A stretch of 64,000 nt of DNA from an uncultured Petrimonas sp. (lineage in GTDB: Bacteria; Bacteroidota; Bacteroidia; Bacteroidales; Dysgonomonadaceae). The stretch spans positions 14,779 through 78,778 of the forward strand of contig CAZKZB010000008.1 of assembly GCA_964557135.1 (NCBI GenBank), given 5' to 3'. The notes beneath the pieces were generated by a model that saw only the letters and a list, made by a program, of their open reading frames with translations, made no database searches and was not told the origin of the DNA. The translations under genes were made by a program, and so were the position numbers. Shown piece after piece: positions 16,615-26,298 of the stretch; position 1 is the stretch's first letter; each line of letters starts with the position of its first letter.

Positions 16615-18066
16615 TTATTTGGGTCTTCCTACCAATACTCCTTTACCAATGGCATAAACGTCATCGATAACCATTTGGAAGCTCACGGTGCGTTTTTCGA
16701 ATTTGGCGCGCTCTTCCAATTTTTGGCGGTGGAAATCAATCAGGTCTTTTGTAAACGGCATATTACCGATTTCAAGGAAGCGAACTGCACCTGCGTTGTC
16801 GCGGGCAGGCAATACTTTTCCGGCATTGTATCGGCTTGGCGCAAAAGGAATATCGATCACGCCTGCTTCGAAAGCGGCAACCGTACCAACAGCGTAATCG
16901 CCTTTACCCAACTCTTCCACTTTATCCAAAATGCAGCGCATCTCTTTCATGATGATTTCGCTTTCGGCAATCACGGCGGGAATTGTTCTGAAATCCTGGT
17001 CTTTCAACATGGAAACGACCTGCTTTGTGGCACGCAATCCGGCGGCGTTTGCCTCTTTGGTGGGAACACCCATGGCTTCGTGCGGCGTTTTCACAATTAC
17101 TTTGGTGGCTTTTGCCAAAACTGCAGCGGCAGCACCCCAAGAGATTACACCAAACGCTTTGGCTTCGTCCTGCGGGAATCCGCCCATCCATTGGTGGAAG
17201 ACGGTGGTAACGCGTACATCGTTGAACCCGAATTTATCCAAATATTCGCGGGTGAGGAGGTCGAGCGCGCGAATGGCGGCAACGTCCTGAATAAGGTTTC
17301 CGCACTGTCCGTATCCTACCGTGAGGTCTTTTACACCTTGCGTAGCCGCCAAAATCGATTCGATAACGGCAACGGAGTTAGAAATACACGGCTCGATGAG
17401 TGTTCCGGTAAGCGGCCCAAACGGCTCGCGATTGATGGAAACACCCGCTTCTTCGTACATGCCCACCAAGCGGTCAGCGTATTGCCAGTGCGCGATGGTT
17501 TTTTCGATGGAGTGCGCTTTGGAATAGGGAATGTTGTAAGAAATTCCGCCGCCTTCGTACGAGGTAAAACCTCCGGCAATGGAAAGTTCGGTAAGCAAGC
17601 GCGCATCGGGCGTACCGTGGCGTACTTGAACCGGATTTTTAAGCGCCGATGTTACCTGACGGCAGATATTTACACCGTAATTCACGATTGGGAAACCGTT
17701 CAACATGGAGCGTCCGGTTTCTTTACTTTTTGCAATGCCGGTTTCGGCTTCATTGTAGCGATTTAGGCGCGTGTAGCTGTCAACTGTTGTGGGAAGCAAA
17801 TCGGCTTCGCCTTCGTTTTCGAGGAATTGCAACAGTTTTATGTGTTCGTCGTAGAGCGCTACGCCTGCACGGGGTTGAATAAGCGTAACTCCTTCGGCAA
17901 CAGCGTTAGATAGCTTTACGCCAAAACGCTTTTCGTTGGGGATCGATTTTTGATAGGCAACGGCTTCGTCGAAATCTACATCTTTTCCGGTGTGCCAATG
18001 CCCCAGAACTTCCTTACGCTCTGCAAAAAAAGCGTCGTTGGAAAGTTTTTTGTTTTTAATTTCCAT
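16615..18066 (-). CDS. glmE: Glutamate mutase (methylaspartate mutase) epsilon/E subunit
   Basis: 483-aa [22 protein letters not shown] and the TIM-barrel core are characteristic of MutE/GlmE. Confidence 0.9.
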   Translation of the reverse strand: MEIKNKKLSNDAFFAERKEVLGHWHTGKDVDFDEAVAYQKSIPNEKRFGVKLSNAVAEGVTLIQPRAGVALYDEHIKLLQFLENEGEADLLPTTVDSYTRLNRYNEAETGIAKSKETGRSMLNGFPIVNYGVNICRQVTSALKNPVQVRHGTPDARLLTELSIAGGFTSYEGGGISYNIPYSKAHSIEKTIAHWQYADRLVGMYEEAGVSINREPFGPLTGTLIEPCISNSVAVIESILAATQGVKDLTVGYGQCGNLIQDVAAIRALDLLTREYLDKFGFNDVRVTTVFHQWMGGFPQDEAKAFGVISWGAAAAVLAKATKVIVKTPHEAMGVPTKEANAAGLRATKQVVSMLKDQDFRTIPAVIAESEIIMKEMRCILDKVEELGKGDYAVGTVAAFEAGVIDIPFAPSRYNAGKVLPARDNAGAVRFLEIGNMPFTKDLIDFHRQKLEERAKFEKRTVSFQMVIDDVYAIGKGVLVGRPK

Positions 18067-18174
18067 ACTTTTGGTTGTTAGTAAATTAGAAATTGTCCCA
18101 AGCTCCTTTTTGGTGTAGGCGGGAACCTTGTTATTTATTGTTTTGAATTTTCGGTTTTCAAATTTTTCATTATC

Positions 18175-19557
18175 TCACACAGCCGCGATTTCCCTTTTCA
18201 GTATGGTAAGAGCCAAATCGGGATAAACGGAACTGAGTAATCCCATCGACGCGAAAATATATTTCTTGTCAATCAGATAATCGGGATTTTTGGGTTTGGC
18301 GAATTTAAACTCGTTGGGCATCAACTTGGCGCCTTCCAATATGTATCGGGGTTGCGCGCTGTTGATGATGGCGCCGCCAATGCCGATAACGTACGGAACA
18401 GCCGTTAGGTCTTTCCCTTCGAGTGTAAACATCTGACCAAAAGGTGTGTAAACGGACTGATAGACTCCGCTGTGGCGCTCGATAGCAATTTTTACCGCTC
18501 CGTGCGCCAACGCTTCTTCTATTTTCTGCTCTGCCGAATTGGTTTGTGCCAGCGTGTCGGGCTTGTTGCAACAGGCTTGTACCCAATTGGTCAGCGTCGA
18601 TTCCGGTACGCCCAACTCTTCGGAAATGGCAGACAAATCCAACTCATCGGCAAGTGCCGACAGGCTGTATCGCATGCCCAAATCTCCTTCCACCGTTCGT
18701 TTGCTTTGCGGCTCGGGCAATCCTTTGATGGTTACGTTTTCGAGGGTGGGTAATCCCTTCGAAATGGAGTACACATCGGTGGTTGCGCCACCAATATCCA
18801 CTGCCAGTAAATCGCCCAAACCCGATACGTTTTTTGTGCCTTTGCTCAACAGTTCGCAAGCATTTAGCACCGCCAGCGGCGTGGGAATTACATCGGTTTT
18901 GCACATTGCCTGAATACGGCTTAAACCTTTGGCTTCGATGATTCGGCTGATGAAGAGGTTAGTGATGTTTTTCTTTGCCGGCTCAATGTTGAGTTTGTTG
19001 AATTCGGGCATTACGTTGTCGGTTATGACAAACGATTTGCCAGACGCTGCGAAAATGGTTTCCAAATCAAACGACGCGCTTTTGTTTCCCGCCGCGATGA
19101 TGGTAAAGGGACGGTCTATTTCGCACAGCCGACACGCGTTGGCAAGAATTACGTCTTTGTTTCCGCCGTCGGTTCCGCCGCAAAGCAGCACCAAGTCAGG
19201 GTTTATTTCGTAAATCTCGTCTTGCTCGGCTCTCGAAATTTCAAAAGCGTAGGTTTTCACCACTTTTGCTCCGGCACTGGCTGCGGCAAGTCGGGCAGCT
19301 TTGGCGGTGAGATCGGGGACAAGCCCGAGCGCCGTCATTTTTAGTCCGCCTGCGGCGCTGCTGCAACAAAGCAGTTCGTCGTAAGGGAATTTTCCGATAG
19401 ATTGCTCCAACTTTTGATAGGCAGACCGAAACCCCTCCATCACATCTGTTTCGATGGTGGTAAATGATGCCGAAGTGCCCACTATTTTCTGCTCAATGGT
19501 GTCAATAGCGGTCAATTTGGTGTATGTGCTGCCAATATCTGCTGTAAGGAGATTCAT
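18175..19557 (-). CDS. glmL: Glutamate mutase accessory/reactivating protein L
   Basis: 460-aa ORF with the ASKHA-type N-terminus LLTADIGSTYTKL and a second phosphate motif AVDIGGATTDV. It sits between the S and E subunits, as in clostridial operons. Confidence 0.8.
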   Translation of the reverse strand: MNLLTADIGSTYTKLTAIDTIEQKIVGTSASFTTIETDVMEGFRSAYQKLEQSIGKFPYDELLCCSSAAGGLKMTALGLVPDLTAKAARLAAASAGAKVVKTYAFEISRAEQDEIYEINPDLVLLCGGTDGGNKDVILANACRLCEIDRPFTIIAAGNKSASFDLETIFAASGKSFVITDNVMPEFNKLNIEPAKKNITNLFISRIIEAKGLSRIQAMCKTDVIPTPLAVLNACELLSKGTKNVSGLGDLLAVDIGGATTDVYSISKGLPTLENVTIKGLPEPQSKRTVEGDLGMRYSLSALADELDLSAISEELGVPESTLTNWVQACCNKPDTLAQTNSAEQKIEEALAHGAVKIAIERHSGVYQSVYTPFGQMFTLEGKDLTAVPYVIGIGGAIINSAQPRYILEGAKLMPNEFKFAKPKNPDYLIDKKYIFASMGLLSSVYPDLALTILKREIAAV

Positions 19558-19709
19558 TGTGATGCTGCGCGCTAATCAATGGTTATTTGCTTTACGTAAA
19601 TACTTCGCGTTATTCGCTTCGCTGTTATTTGCTCACTTCGTTCGCGTTGTTGGTTGCGGCAATGAAAGTTTCAGCAAAACAAAGAATAACAATCGAATTA
19701 CAATTGTAC

Positions 19710-20135
19710 TTATACGTTAAGCAGTTCTTTCAAGTCGTCGATACACGTTTCTACAGGAGTTCCGGGAGGATAGGCGCGGGTGAAGCCCATGTCTAAAAAT
19801 CGTTTTTCAACCTCTTTGAAGTCTTGTTTTCCAACAACCAGGTTTCCGCCGGCAAGCAAGGGAATGTCTTTCAATCCGGCTTCGTTGCACTTTTCGCGCA
19901 AACCGTTGCAGTCTATTTCGCCGTGTCCGTAGAGCGAAGATACCAAAATGGCATCGGCATTGGTTTCGATGGCTGCCGAGATGTACTCTTCCTGAGAAAC
20001 CATAACTCCGAGATTAACAACCTTGAAACCGGCGTCTTCCAAAGCAAAAGCGAGAATTTTGTTTCCCACGGCGTGCACATCGGCGCCAATAACGCCTGTA
20101 ATAATAGTTTTTCCGTTCATAATATGTATTATCAT
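19710..20135 (-). CDS. glmS: Glutamate mutase sigma/S subunit (B12-binding)
   Basis: 141-aa ORF with the cobalamin-binding DxHxxG motif ([10 protein letters not shown]). The likely true start is ATG 20120 ([10 protein letters not shown]). Confidence 0.9.
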   Translation of the reverse strand: MIIHIMNGKTIITGVIGADVHAVGNKILAFALEDAGFKVVNLGVMVSQEEYISAAIETNADAILVSSLYGHGEIDCNGLREKCNEAGLKDIPLLAGGNLVVGKQDFKEVEKRFLDMGFTRAYPPGTPVETCIDDLKELLNV

Positions 20136-20148
20136 TAAAATAACGGTA

Positions 20149-20179
20149 CAAAATTACTGCTTTAAAACATATTTACAAA
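20149..20179 (-). promoter_or_regulatory. Bacteroidota-type promoter for the glutamate mutase operon (TTTG-N19-TAATTTTG)
   Basis: The minus strand reads TTTG (20179-20176), a 19-nt spacer, then TAATTTTG (20156-20149). This sits 28 nt upstream of ATG 20120 and fits the TTTG/TAnnTTTG consensus. Confidence 0.5.
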
Positions 20180-20210
20180 GTATTAACGAAAATAACTTTT
20201 TCTTTTTGCA

Positions 20211-20250
20211 TTAAACAAAAAAGAGAGAAATCTTTTACAGTTTCTCTCTT
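20211..20250 (-). terminator. Intrinsic terminator after secG
   Basis: Perfect 10-bp stem AAGAGAGAAA/TTTCTCTCTT with a 10-nt loop. On the minus strand it is followed by TTTTGTTT, 24 nt after the secG stop. Confidence 0.6.
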
Positions 20251-20273
20251 ATATTATTTTTTTACTAAATCGC

Positions 20274-20624
20274 TTACTCCGTCGGCGGAGTTTCCGGTTG
20301 AACCGGTTGTACCGGCAATGCGGGGGCTACATCGGGAGCCGTTGTTGGATTAAGCGGAGCGGGCTGTTGAACTTCTACTTGCGATTGCGGAACGTTTGTT
20401 CTTGAAGTAGTGAACTTTGCCGTCAATATACTTAAAACGATAATAGTAGCTGCCAATGTCCAAGTTGCTTTTTCTAAAAAGTCGGTAGTTTTGCGTACAC
20501 CCATTATCTGGTTCGATGATGAAAAGCCTGCAGCCAATCCACCGCCTTTGGAGTTCTGTACCAACACGATGAGAATCATCAAGATGGCAGCGATTAAAAT
20601 AAGGATGGTAATAAAAATATACAT
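20274..20624 (-). CDS. secG: Preprotein translocase subunit SecG
   Basis: 116-aa ORF with two TM helices, LVQNSKGGG and a Pro/Gln-rich tail. Confidence 0.8.
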   Translation of the reverse strand: MYIFITILILIAAILMILIVLVQNSKGGGLAAGFSSSNQIMGVRKTTDFLEKATWTLAATIIVLSILTAKFTTSRTNVPQSQVEVQQPAPLNPTTAPDVAPALPVQPVQPETPPTE

Positions 20625-20628
20625 ATAT

Positions 20629-21372
20629 CTATTGTTTTTTATTTTTCTCGTTGAGTATCAAAAGTTCCAAAAATCGAATTTGGTCGGCAAAGTAAATACT
20701 TTTTTTTGGAAAATTCAAACTTAATTGCTTAATAATTGTCAGCGCCTGCTCATATTTTTTTTGTTTGATGTAAATTTTGGCGAGCGTTTCCGTTAAAAAC
20801 CCGTCATCTCCCGGCTTAGAACTTTGCTCTTGAGGGTTAGTGTTGAGTGGTTCCGGACTTAGCGGGTTGAGCACAATTTCGTTAGCTGCTGCCTTCTCTA
20901 AAAAACTATCGATAATTTCTTGATGCTTAAATTCGCTTCGCGATGCATCCGATATTTCTTCGTCACCCTCTTTTTCTAAACTTTGCAAATAAGTCATGTA
21001 GTCTGTTGAAACAATATTGGATTCAACTTCGACAATTTCCTCGGGTTCTTCGGGAAAAATATCTAAATAGGAGTTTAGCAAAGCCTGCGTTCTATCAATA
21101 TCCTCGGACGGCTTCTCTTTCAGGAAAAAACGTGCATATTTTTCGTTGTTAATATAGTAGAAGAGCCGGCTCCTGTCGGCACAAAATACAGCCGTTTGGC
21201 CCAAATTCTTTTCAAATTCTTCCCGATTGGTTATATACCGGTTCTTGGCGAGCAGCAGGTGAGCGGTTTGAAAATAGGGGTATTTTTCGACCAAGTTCTC
21301 TAACCCGGACAAACTTGCTTCGTTTATTTTCTTGTTATCTGTTATGTAAGTGAAAAAAACCGATTTTTCCAT
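20629..21372 (-). CDS. Hypothetical protein (helical, TPR-like ends) in the conserved LptE-SecG neighbourhood
   Basis: 247-aa ORF tightly packed between lptE and secG. I see no diagnostic motif. Confidence 0.4.
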   Translation of the reverse strand: MEKSVFFTYITDNKKINEASLSGLENLVEKYPYFQTAHLLLAKNRYITNREEFEKNLGQTAVFCADRSRLFYYINNEKYARFFLKEKPSEDIDRTQALLNSYLDIFPEEPEEIVEVESNIVSTDYMTYLQSLEKEGDEEISDASRSEFKHQEIIDSFLEKAAANEIVLNPLSPEPLNTNPQEQSSKPGDDGFLTETLAKIYIKQKKYEQALTIIKQLSLNFPKKSIYFADQIRFLELLILNEKNKKQ

Positions 21373-21373
21373 T

Positions 21374-21877
21374 TTACCAATTAGCCATAGTGGAATTGAA
21401 AATCTGATCTACAATTTCATCGGTAAGTTCTTTAATCAACTGATCTTGCACGTCAGTCAGGTTAACGTCGCTGGAGAAAGTACGATTTGCCGATATAGTT
21501 TCCTCCTTATCCTGTCCAGGAACTTTATTGTTGCGAAAGCGCATCCGCACATTCATTGTCAATCGGGTTTCGGCTGCAAACGCGTCTTCTTGCACGGCAA
21601 GCGGTGTAAGCTCGTAACCCACTATTTCACCTTCTATTTCCATATCTCCGTTCTGATTCACGAACTGCAAGCGGGTATTTCGGGTAAACATATCTTTCAA
21701 TGCTTCGTTGAAGCGAGACTCCAGCGGCGGATAAACCAACGGCGCCTGATTGACAAAAGTGCTCAGTTGCAGCGTCTTCGTCAAATCATAATCGATGGAC
21801 GCTCCACTAAACTTATACGAAATGGAACAAGAAGCCAAGACGAAAAACAGCAAGATTATATTTAGTATTCTTCTCAT
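21374..21877 (-). CDS. lptE: LPS-assembly lipoprotein LptE-like
   Basis: 167-aa ORF with lipobox VLASCS. Size and position (sigma54 regulator - LptE - X - SecG) are typical of Bacteroidota. Confidence 0.55.
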   Translation of the reverse strand: MRRILNIILLFFVLASCSISYKFSGASIDYDLTKTLQLSTFVNQAPLVYPPLESRFNEALKDMFTRNTRLQFVNQNGDMEIEGEIVGYELTPLAVQEDAFAAETRLTMNVRMRFRNNKVPGQDKEETISANRTFSSDVNLTDVQDQLIKELTDEIVDQIFNSTMANW

Positions 21878-23139
21878 ACCTTTTCTAAATTGTATTCTTT
21901 TATTTTTCTGTATAATGTACGTTCAGATATACCGAGTTCGGCGGCGGCTAATTTTCGTTTGCCGTTGTGTTTCTCCAATGCAAGAGCAATCATCTCTTTC
22001 TCAGCATCCTCGAGCGACAGGTTAGCCATTTCAACTTCGGTGGCTTCCTGAAAATCTGCCTGGTCATGCATTTCGGCCAAATGCGGCTTTTTGGGCATCA
22101 CTTCTTCGTATTTCAACGGAAGGGTAACCGTAGTCTTATCTTGTTGGATCACCGGTGAATGAAGTATTGTTTGATCATCCTGCGAAACGGAAACCGCCGC
22201 ATCTTCTATGATGTTTTTCACCACGTTTTTTAAATCGTTGATGTCTTTTTTCATATCGAAAAGTACCTGATATAAGATTTCTCGCTCCGATGAAAATGTT
22301 TTCTGATCCGAATCTCTCGATTGTGAAGCCAACACGGGCAGTGTTGTTTCAGGTTTAGGAAGATATTTCTGCAAAATTTCTGACGTAATCACACGTTCGT
22401 GCTCTATTACCGACATTTGTTCGGTCACATTTTTCAATTGGCGAACATTTCCGGGCCAACGAAAATTCCTAAGAATATCTCTGGCTTCGTCTGTTAACGT
22501 AATGGGCGGCATTTTGTATCTCTCCGCACAATCGCCTGCGAATTTCCGAAACAACAACGTAATATCATCTTTCCGATCGCGAAGAGGTGAAATCCGGATA
22601 GGGACAGAGTTTAGCCGATAAAACAGATCTTCCCTGAACTTTCCCCTTTCAATGGCATGGGCAATATTCAAATTAGTTGCTGCAACTACACGTACATCGC
22701 TCTTTTCCACTTGTGAGGAACCGACTTTTATAAACTCACCGGTTTCCAGCACACGCAATAAACGCGCTTGTGTTGACAACGGCAATTCTCCGACTTCATC
22801 AAGAAAGAGCGTGCCGCCGTCGGCAACCTCAAAATATCCTTTGCGGGTAGCAGTAGCACCCGTAAACGAGCCTTTTTCGTGTCCGAAAAGTTCTGAATCG
22901 ATAGTTCCTTCGGGGATGGAGCCGCAATTGATGGCAAAATACGGACCGTGTTTACGGTGGCTGTACTGATGAATGATTTGCGGAAAGTTTTCTTTCCCAA
23001 CACCGCTTTCACCCGTAATCAGCACCGAAAGATCGGTAGGTGCAACTTGCAACGCAACATCAATGGCCCTGTCTAACTCAGGAGAAACGCCAATGATGCC
23101 GAATCGCTGTTTAACTTGTTGTATATTTTGTTTGGCCAT
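21874..23139 (-). CDS. Sigma-54-dependent transcriptional activator (AAA+ and Fis-type HTH, no receiver domain)
   Basis: Walker A GESGVGKE, the sigma54-contact loop GSFTGA and the C-terminal HTH AAAELGISERTLYRKIKEY are present. Start set to ATG 23139 (MAKQNIQQ). Confidence 0.85.
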   Translation of the reverse strand: MAKQNIQQVKQRFGIIGVSPELDRAIDVALQVAPTDLSVLITGESGVGKENFPQIIHQYSHRKHGPYFAINCGSIPEGTIDSELFGHEKGSFTGATATRKGYFEVADGGTLFLDEVGELPLSTQARLLRVLETGEFIKVGSSQVEKSDVRVVAATNLNIAHAIERGKFREDLFYRLNSVPIRISPLRDRKDDITLLFRKFAGDCAERYKMPPITLTDEARDILRNFRWPGNVRQLKNVTEQMSVIEHERVITSEILQKYLPKPETTLPVLASQSRDSDQKTFSSEREILYQVLFDMKKDINDLKNVVKNIIEDAAVSVSQDDQTILHSPVIQQDKTTVTLPLKYEEVMPKKPHLAEMHDQADFQEATEVEMANLSLEDAEKEMIALALEKHNGKRKLAAAELGISERTLYRKIKEYNLEKV

Positions 23140-23172
23140 TTTTTTTAGACTTTGAGAACATAGATTAAAGAA

Positions 23173-23193
23173 CAAAGAGCAAAGAGCAAAGAC
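23173..23193. repeat. Heptamer tandem repeat CAAAGAG x2 plus CAAAGAC
   Basis: Read directly upstream of the sigma54 regulator gene. Confidence 0.75.
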
Positions 23194-23278
23194 AGATTGA
23201 TAGGCGGTTGGACTTTTTGACGTATGCGACCTGTTTTTGCATCAGTCATCCTCCACCCGACATTCAATGCCTACAAAT

Positions 23279-24133
23279 TTAGCTTTTTTTTGCCAATGAA
23301 TATGTTTTCGCTCGTAAAAAGTCTGCTAACTCATCGGTATCGGGGTATTTCTTTATGGTTTCCGGCATAATGGGTTCGCCAAAAGTGAGTGTCATTGTTT
23401 TGCCTTTTTTGTTGTATAACTCGTGGCACAACACAAGGCTCTGCAGTCTCCAATTAATAATGCGGCTGATATAAAACCAATACCTGTTTCGGCAATCAAT
23501 ATAAACGGGAATTACCGGCACGTTCACTTTCTGAATTATTCGAATAACCGACGGTTGCCAATGGCGATCGTGAATAGTGAACCGTCTATTGAGAAACTTT
23601 AATCGCGACACCGAACCGGCCGGAAAAAAGCCCATCGGGTTTCCGTCTCTGATATGGCTGATGCACTCTTTTATTCCCGAAAGCGAAACATGCTTCATCT
23701 TATCCGTGTGCTTGTACGGACTAACTTTTATGAAGTTCTCGTCCATCGTATCCACCAACCCCAAAATGAAGTTGACCATCACTTTGAAGTTTTTTACTCG
23801 CGAGGCCACTGTCTCAATCAGTGCTATTCCATCCACGTGTCCGTTTGGATGATTGGCCACCACTATAAACGGCTTGTCTTTGAATTGCTCCAGCACTTTA
23901 TCGTTCAAAACCTCACGTTCCAATCCCAATTTATCGAGCAAGTCGGTATTAAACGCCACCCCCGACAGATGTTTAGAACGATCGTAAACTTCGCAGGCAT
24001 TTTTCAGCCCGGTAAGCTTCATCGCCCATTTTATGTATTTGTTGCCGTGTTTTCCCCTAAAAACCGGATGAAATTGTCTTATCTCATCATCGCTGATTAA
24101 GCGCTCTTTCATAGCAAATGTCCTGTTTTCCAA
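23279..24133 (-). CDS. Lysophospholipid/1-acylglycerol-3-phosphate acyltransferase family protein
   Basis: 284-aa ORF. The VVANHPNGHVDG block and FPAGSVS block resemble the PlsC-type acyltransferase motifs. Confidence 0.55.
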   Translation of the reverse strand: MENRTFAMKERLISDDEIRQFHPVFRGKHGNKYIKWAMKLTGLKNACEVYDRSKHLSGVAFNTDLLDKLGLEREVLNDKVLEQFKDKPFIVVANHPNGHVDGIALIETVASRVKNFKVMVNFILGLVDTMDENFIKVSPYKHTDKMKHVSLSGIKECISHIRDGNPMGFFPAGSVSRLKFLNRRFTIHDRHWQPSVIRIIQKVNVPVIPVYIDCRNRYWFYISRIINWRLQSLVLCHELYNKKGKTMTLTFGEPIMPETIKKYPDTDELADFLRAKTYSLAKKS

Positions 24134-24206
24134 TAAAAAGTTACCGTAAATAAAAACTATATTTCGAGTCTTAATTTACGGTAACCCAGAATTACATTTC
24201 GTATTA

Positions 24207-25589
24207 TTATATCATTTTTCTGATAATATCGATAATTTCTTTTCCCATTTCGTCGGCCTCTTCTTGCGATTTGGCTTCAGAGTAAATGCGAATAATAGGT
24301 TCGGTGTTCGATTTGCGAAGGTGTACCCATTTATCGGGAAAATCTATTTTTACACCATCAATGTCCGTTATTTGCTCGCCGCTAAAACGCTCTTTCACTT
24401 TTTGCAAAATAGCATCGGTATCGATATCGGGCGTGAGTTCAATTTTTTGTTTCGACATAAAGTAGCTCGGGTAAGCGGCTCTAATCTCGCTCACTTTCTT
24501 TCCCGATTTCGCCAACTGCGTTAAAAACAAGGCAATGCCCACTAACGCATCGCGTCCGTAATGCGATGCCGGATAAATAACTCCACCGTTTCCTTCGCCT
24601 CCGATTACAGCCCCAACATCCTTCATTTTTGTTACCACGTTTACTTCGCCTACGGCGGCTGCGAAATATTCTCCTCCGTGTCTGACAGTCACATCGCGAA
24701 GTGCACGGGTTGAGCTCAAGTTAGAAACCGTATTTCCGGGGGTGTGCTGCAATATGTAGTCCGATACGGTAACCAGCGTGTATTCTTCGCCGAACGGCTC
24801 TCCGTTTTCGGCATAAATTACCAAGCGGTCAACATCGGGGTCAACGGCGAAACCCACATCGGCTTTGGAGCTTTTCATCAGCGACGCCAGCTCGGTGAGA
24901 TTCTGCGGCAGCGGTTCGGGGTTATGAGAAAAATTTCCGTGCGTAGCGCAATGAAGCTTGAAAACCTCCTTCACGCCCAAGGCATACAACAACTCCGGAA
25001 CGGCAAGCCCGCCGATGGAGTTAACCGCATCAACAGCCACCCTGAATTTTGCTGCTTTTATGGCATCAACATCCACCAAATCTAATTGTAGAACACTTTG
25101 GATATGAGCGTGTAAGTATTGTTTTTGGCTTAGTTTTCCCAATTCATCTACGGGGGCATAATCGAAACTCTCTGATTCGGCAATTTGCAAAATTTCATTG
25201 CCTTCGGCAGCGTTTAAAAACTCACCGTCACCGTTGAGAAGTTTAAGCGCGTTCCATTGCTTCGGATTATGACTGGCAGTAATGACAATACCACCCGATG
25301 CCGATTCTTTTACCACGGCAATCTCTGTGGTTGGCGTCGTCGCCATTCCCACATCCACCACATCGCATCCCATACCTATCAAGGTACCGGTTATAATACT
25401 GTGTACCATGTTGCCGGACATTCGTGCATCTCTGCCCACTACAATCTTAGGCCTTGTATGGCCGGTATATTTTTTTATAAATACAGCATACGCCGATACA
25501 AACTTCACAATATCAATCGGAGTGAGATTGTCTCCCACTTGTCCGCCAATGGTGCCTCTGATACCGGATATGGACTTAATGAGTGTCAT
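24207..25589 (-). CDS. glmM: Phosphoglucosamine mutase
   Basis: 460-aa ORF with the active-site loop ITASHNP and the metal loop FAVDPDVDR. Confidence 0.9.
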   Translation of the reverse strand: MTLIKSISGIRGTIGGQVGDNLTPIDIVKFVSAYAVFIKKYTGHTRPKIVVGRDARMSGNMVHSIITGTLIGMGCDVVDVGMATTPTTEIAVVKESASGGIVITASHNPKQWNALKLLNGDGEFLNAAEGNEILQIAESESFDYAPVDELGKLSQKQYLHAHIQSVLQLDLVDVDAIKAAKFRVAVDAVNSIGGLAVPELLYALGVKEVFKLHCATHGNFSHNPEPLPQNLTELASLMKSSKADVGFAVDPDVDRLVIYAENGEPFGEEYTLVTVSDYILQHTPGNTVSNLSSTRALRDVTVRHGGEYFAAAVGEVNVVTKMKDVGAVIGGEGNGGVIYPASHYGRDALVGIALFLTQLAKSGKKVSEIRAAYPSYFMSKQKIELTPDIDTDAILQKVKERFSGEQITDIDGVKIDFPDKWVHLRKSNTEPIIRIYSEAKSQEEADEMGKEIIDIIRKMI

Positions 25590-25595
25590 AATATT

Positions 25596-26186
25596 TTATG
25601 ATTGCGATTCGAATCTGTATTGAACGTTATCGTAATAAGTTGTCGTAGGTGCTGATCGGAAGTTCGACCGATCGTAATTTGAGCCCATATTAAAGGGAAC
25701 AATCAGCCTAACTTTACCATTATGTCCGATGGAAGACAATGGAACTGCCCAAGCAGGAGTAGTTCCGGAATAAAGGTCTCTGTTGCGCATTGTTACAGGA
25801 CCTCGATAAATCAAAATTTCGGGAAAGGGCGAACGGATAAGGTCCATATTGGAATAGCTGATTGTATCTTTTTCGTTGGCGAAATACGTCAATCCGCTGT
25901 ATCTTACGTAGATTTCTTCTCCGAATTTCACTTTTGCTTGGGAAACTCCCCTGTCAACTATATTGAAATATACTCCTGTTGCCGGATCGCGGTAAAATTC
26001 ATTGGCTTTAAAAACAGAATCTTTGGGGAAATTTTCTAAAATCACCAAATTATTTTGATTGATGAATTTATCTATTGCCCGAGTCTCTTCTTTTAAATAT
26101 TGGGCATACGTTTTTGTTTTGTTGCAAGATGCGGTAACAAACGTAAGTCCCAGCAGCAAAAATATAGTGTAATGCGCTTTTTTCAT
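25596..26186 (-). CDS. Lipoprotein of unknown function (DUF4827-like, upstream of glmM)
   Basis: 196-aa ORF with lipobox VTASCNK and conserved placement next to glmM. The DUF name is from memory. Confidence 0.45.
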   Translation of the reverse strand: MKKAHYTIFLLLGLTFVTASCNKTKTYAQYLKEETRAIDKFINQNNLVILENFPKDSVFKANEFYRDPATGVYFNIVDRGVSQAKVKFGEEIYVRYSGLTYFANEKDTISYSNMDLIRSPFPEILIYRGPVTMRNRDLYSGTTPAWAVPLSSIGHNGKVRLIVPFNMGSNYDRSNFRSAPTTTYYDNVQYRFESQS

Positions 26187-26298
26187 TTTAAATTGCGAAA
26201 ATTTAGAAATTGGCTACAAATGTAAGCAATCCACTTTAAAAAAAATGTTATTTCACACAAAATAAAGTATAAACAACCAAAAAACGAGTGATGCTATG

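Noticed and set aside
16675-17766. 363-aa plus-strand ORF
   Set aside because: It lies entirely antisense to glmE, which has unmistakable family motifs. Its translation is low-complexity (Gly/Arg/Phe-rich) with no motif, so it is a shadow ORF of a GC-rich gene.
20136-20273. Cobalamin riboswitch upstream of the B12-dependent mutase operon
   Set aside because: After subtracting the secG terminator and promoter the gap is only ~85 nt. It is AT-rich and lacks a B12-box-like GCCACTG core or multi-stem structure.
25590-25625. tRNA-like T-loop word (GATTCGAATC)
   Set aside because: It lies at a 6-nt gene junction with no acceptor or anticodon stems around it. I found no tRNA anywhere in the window.
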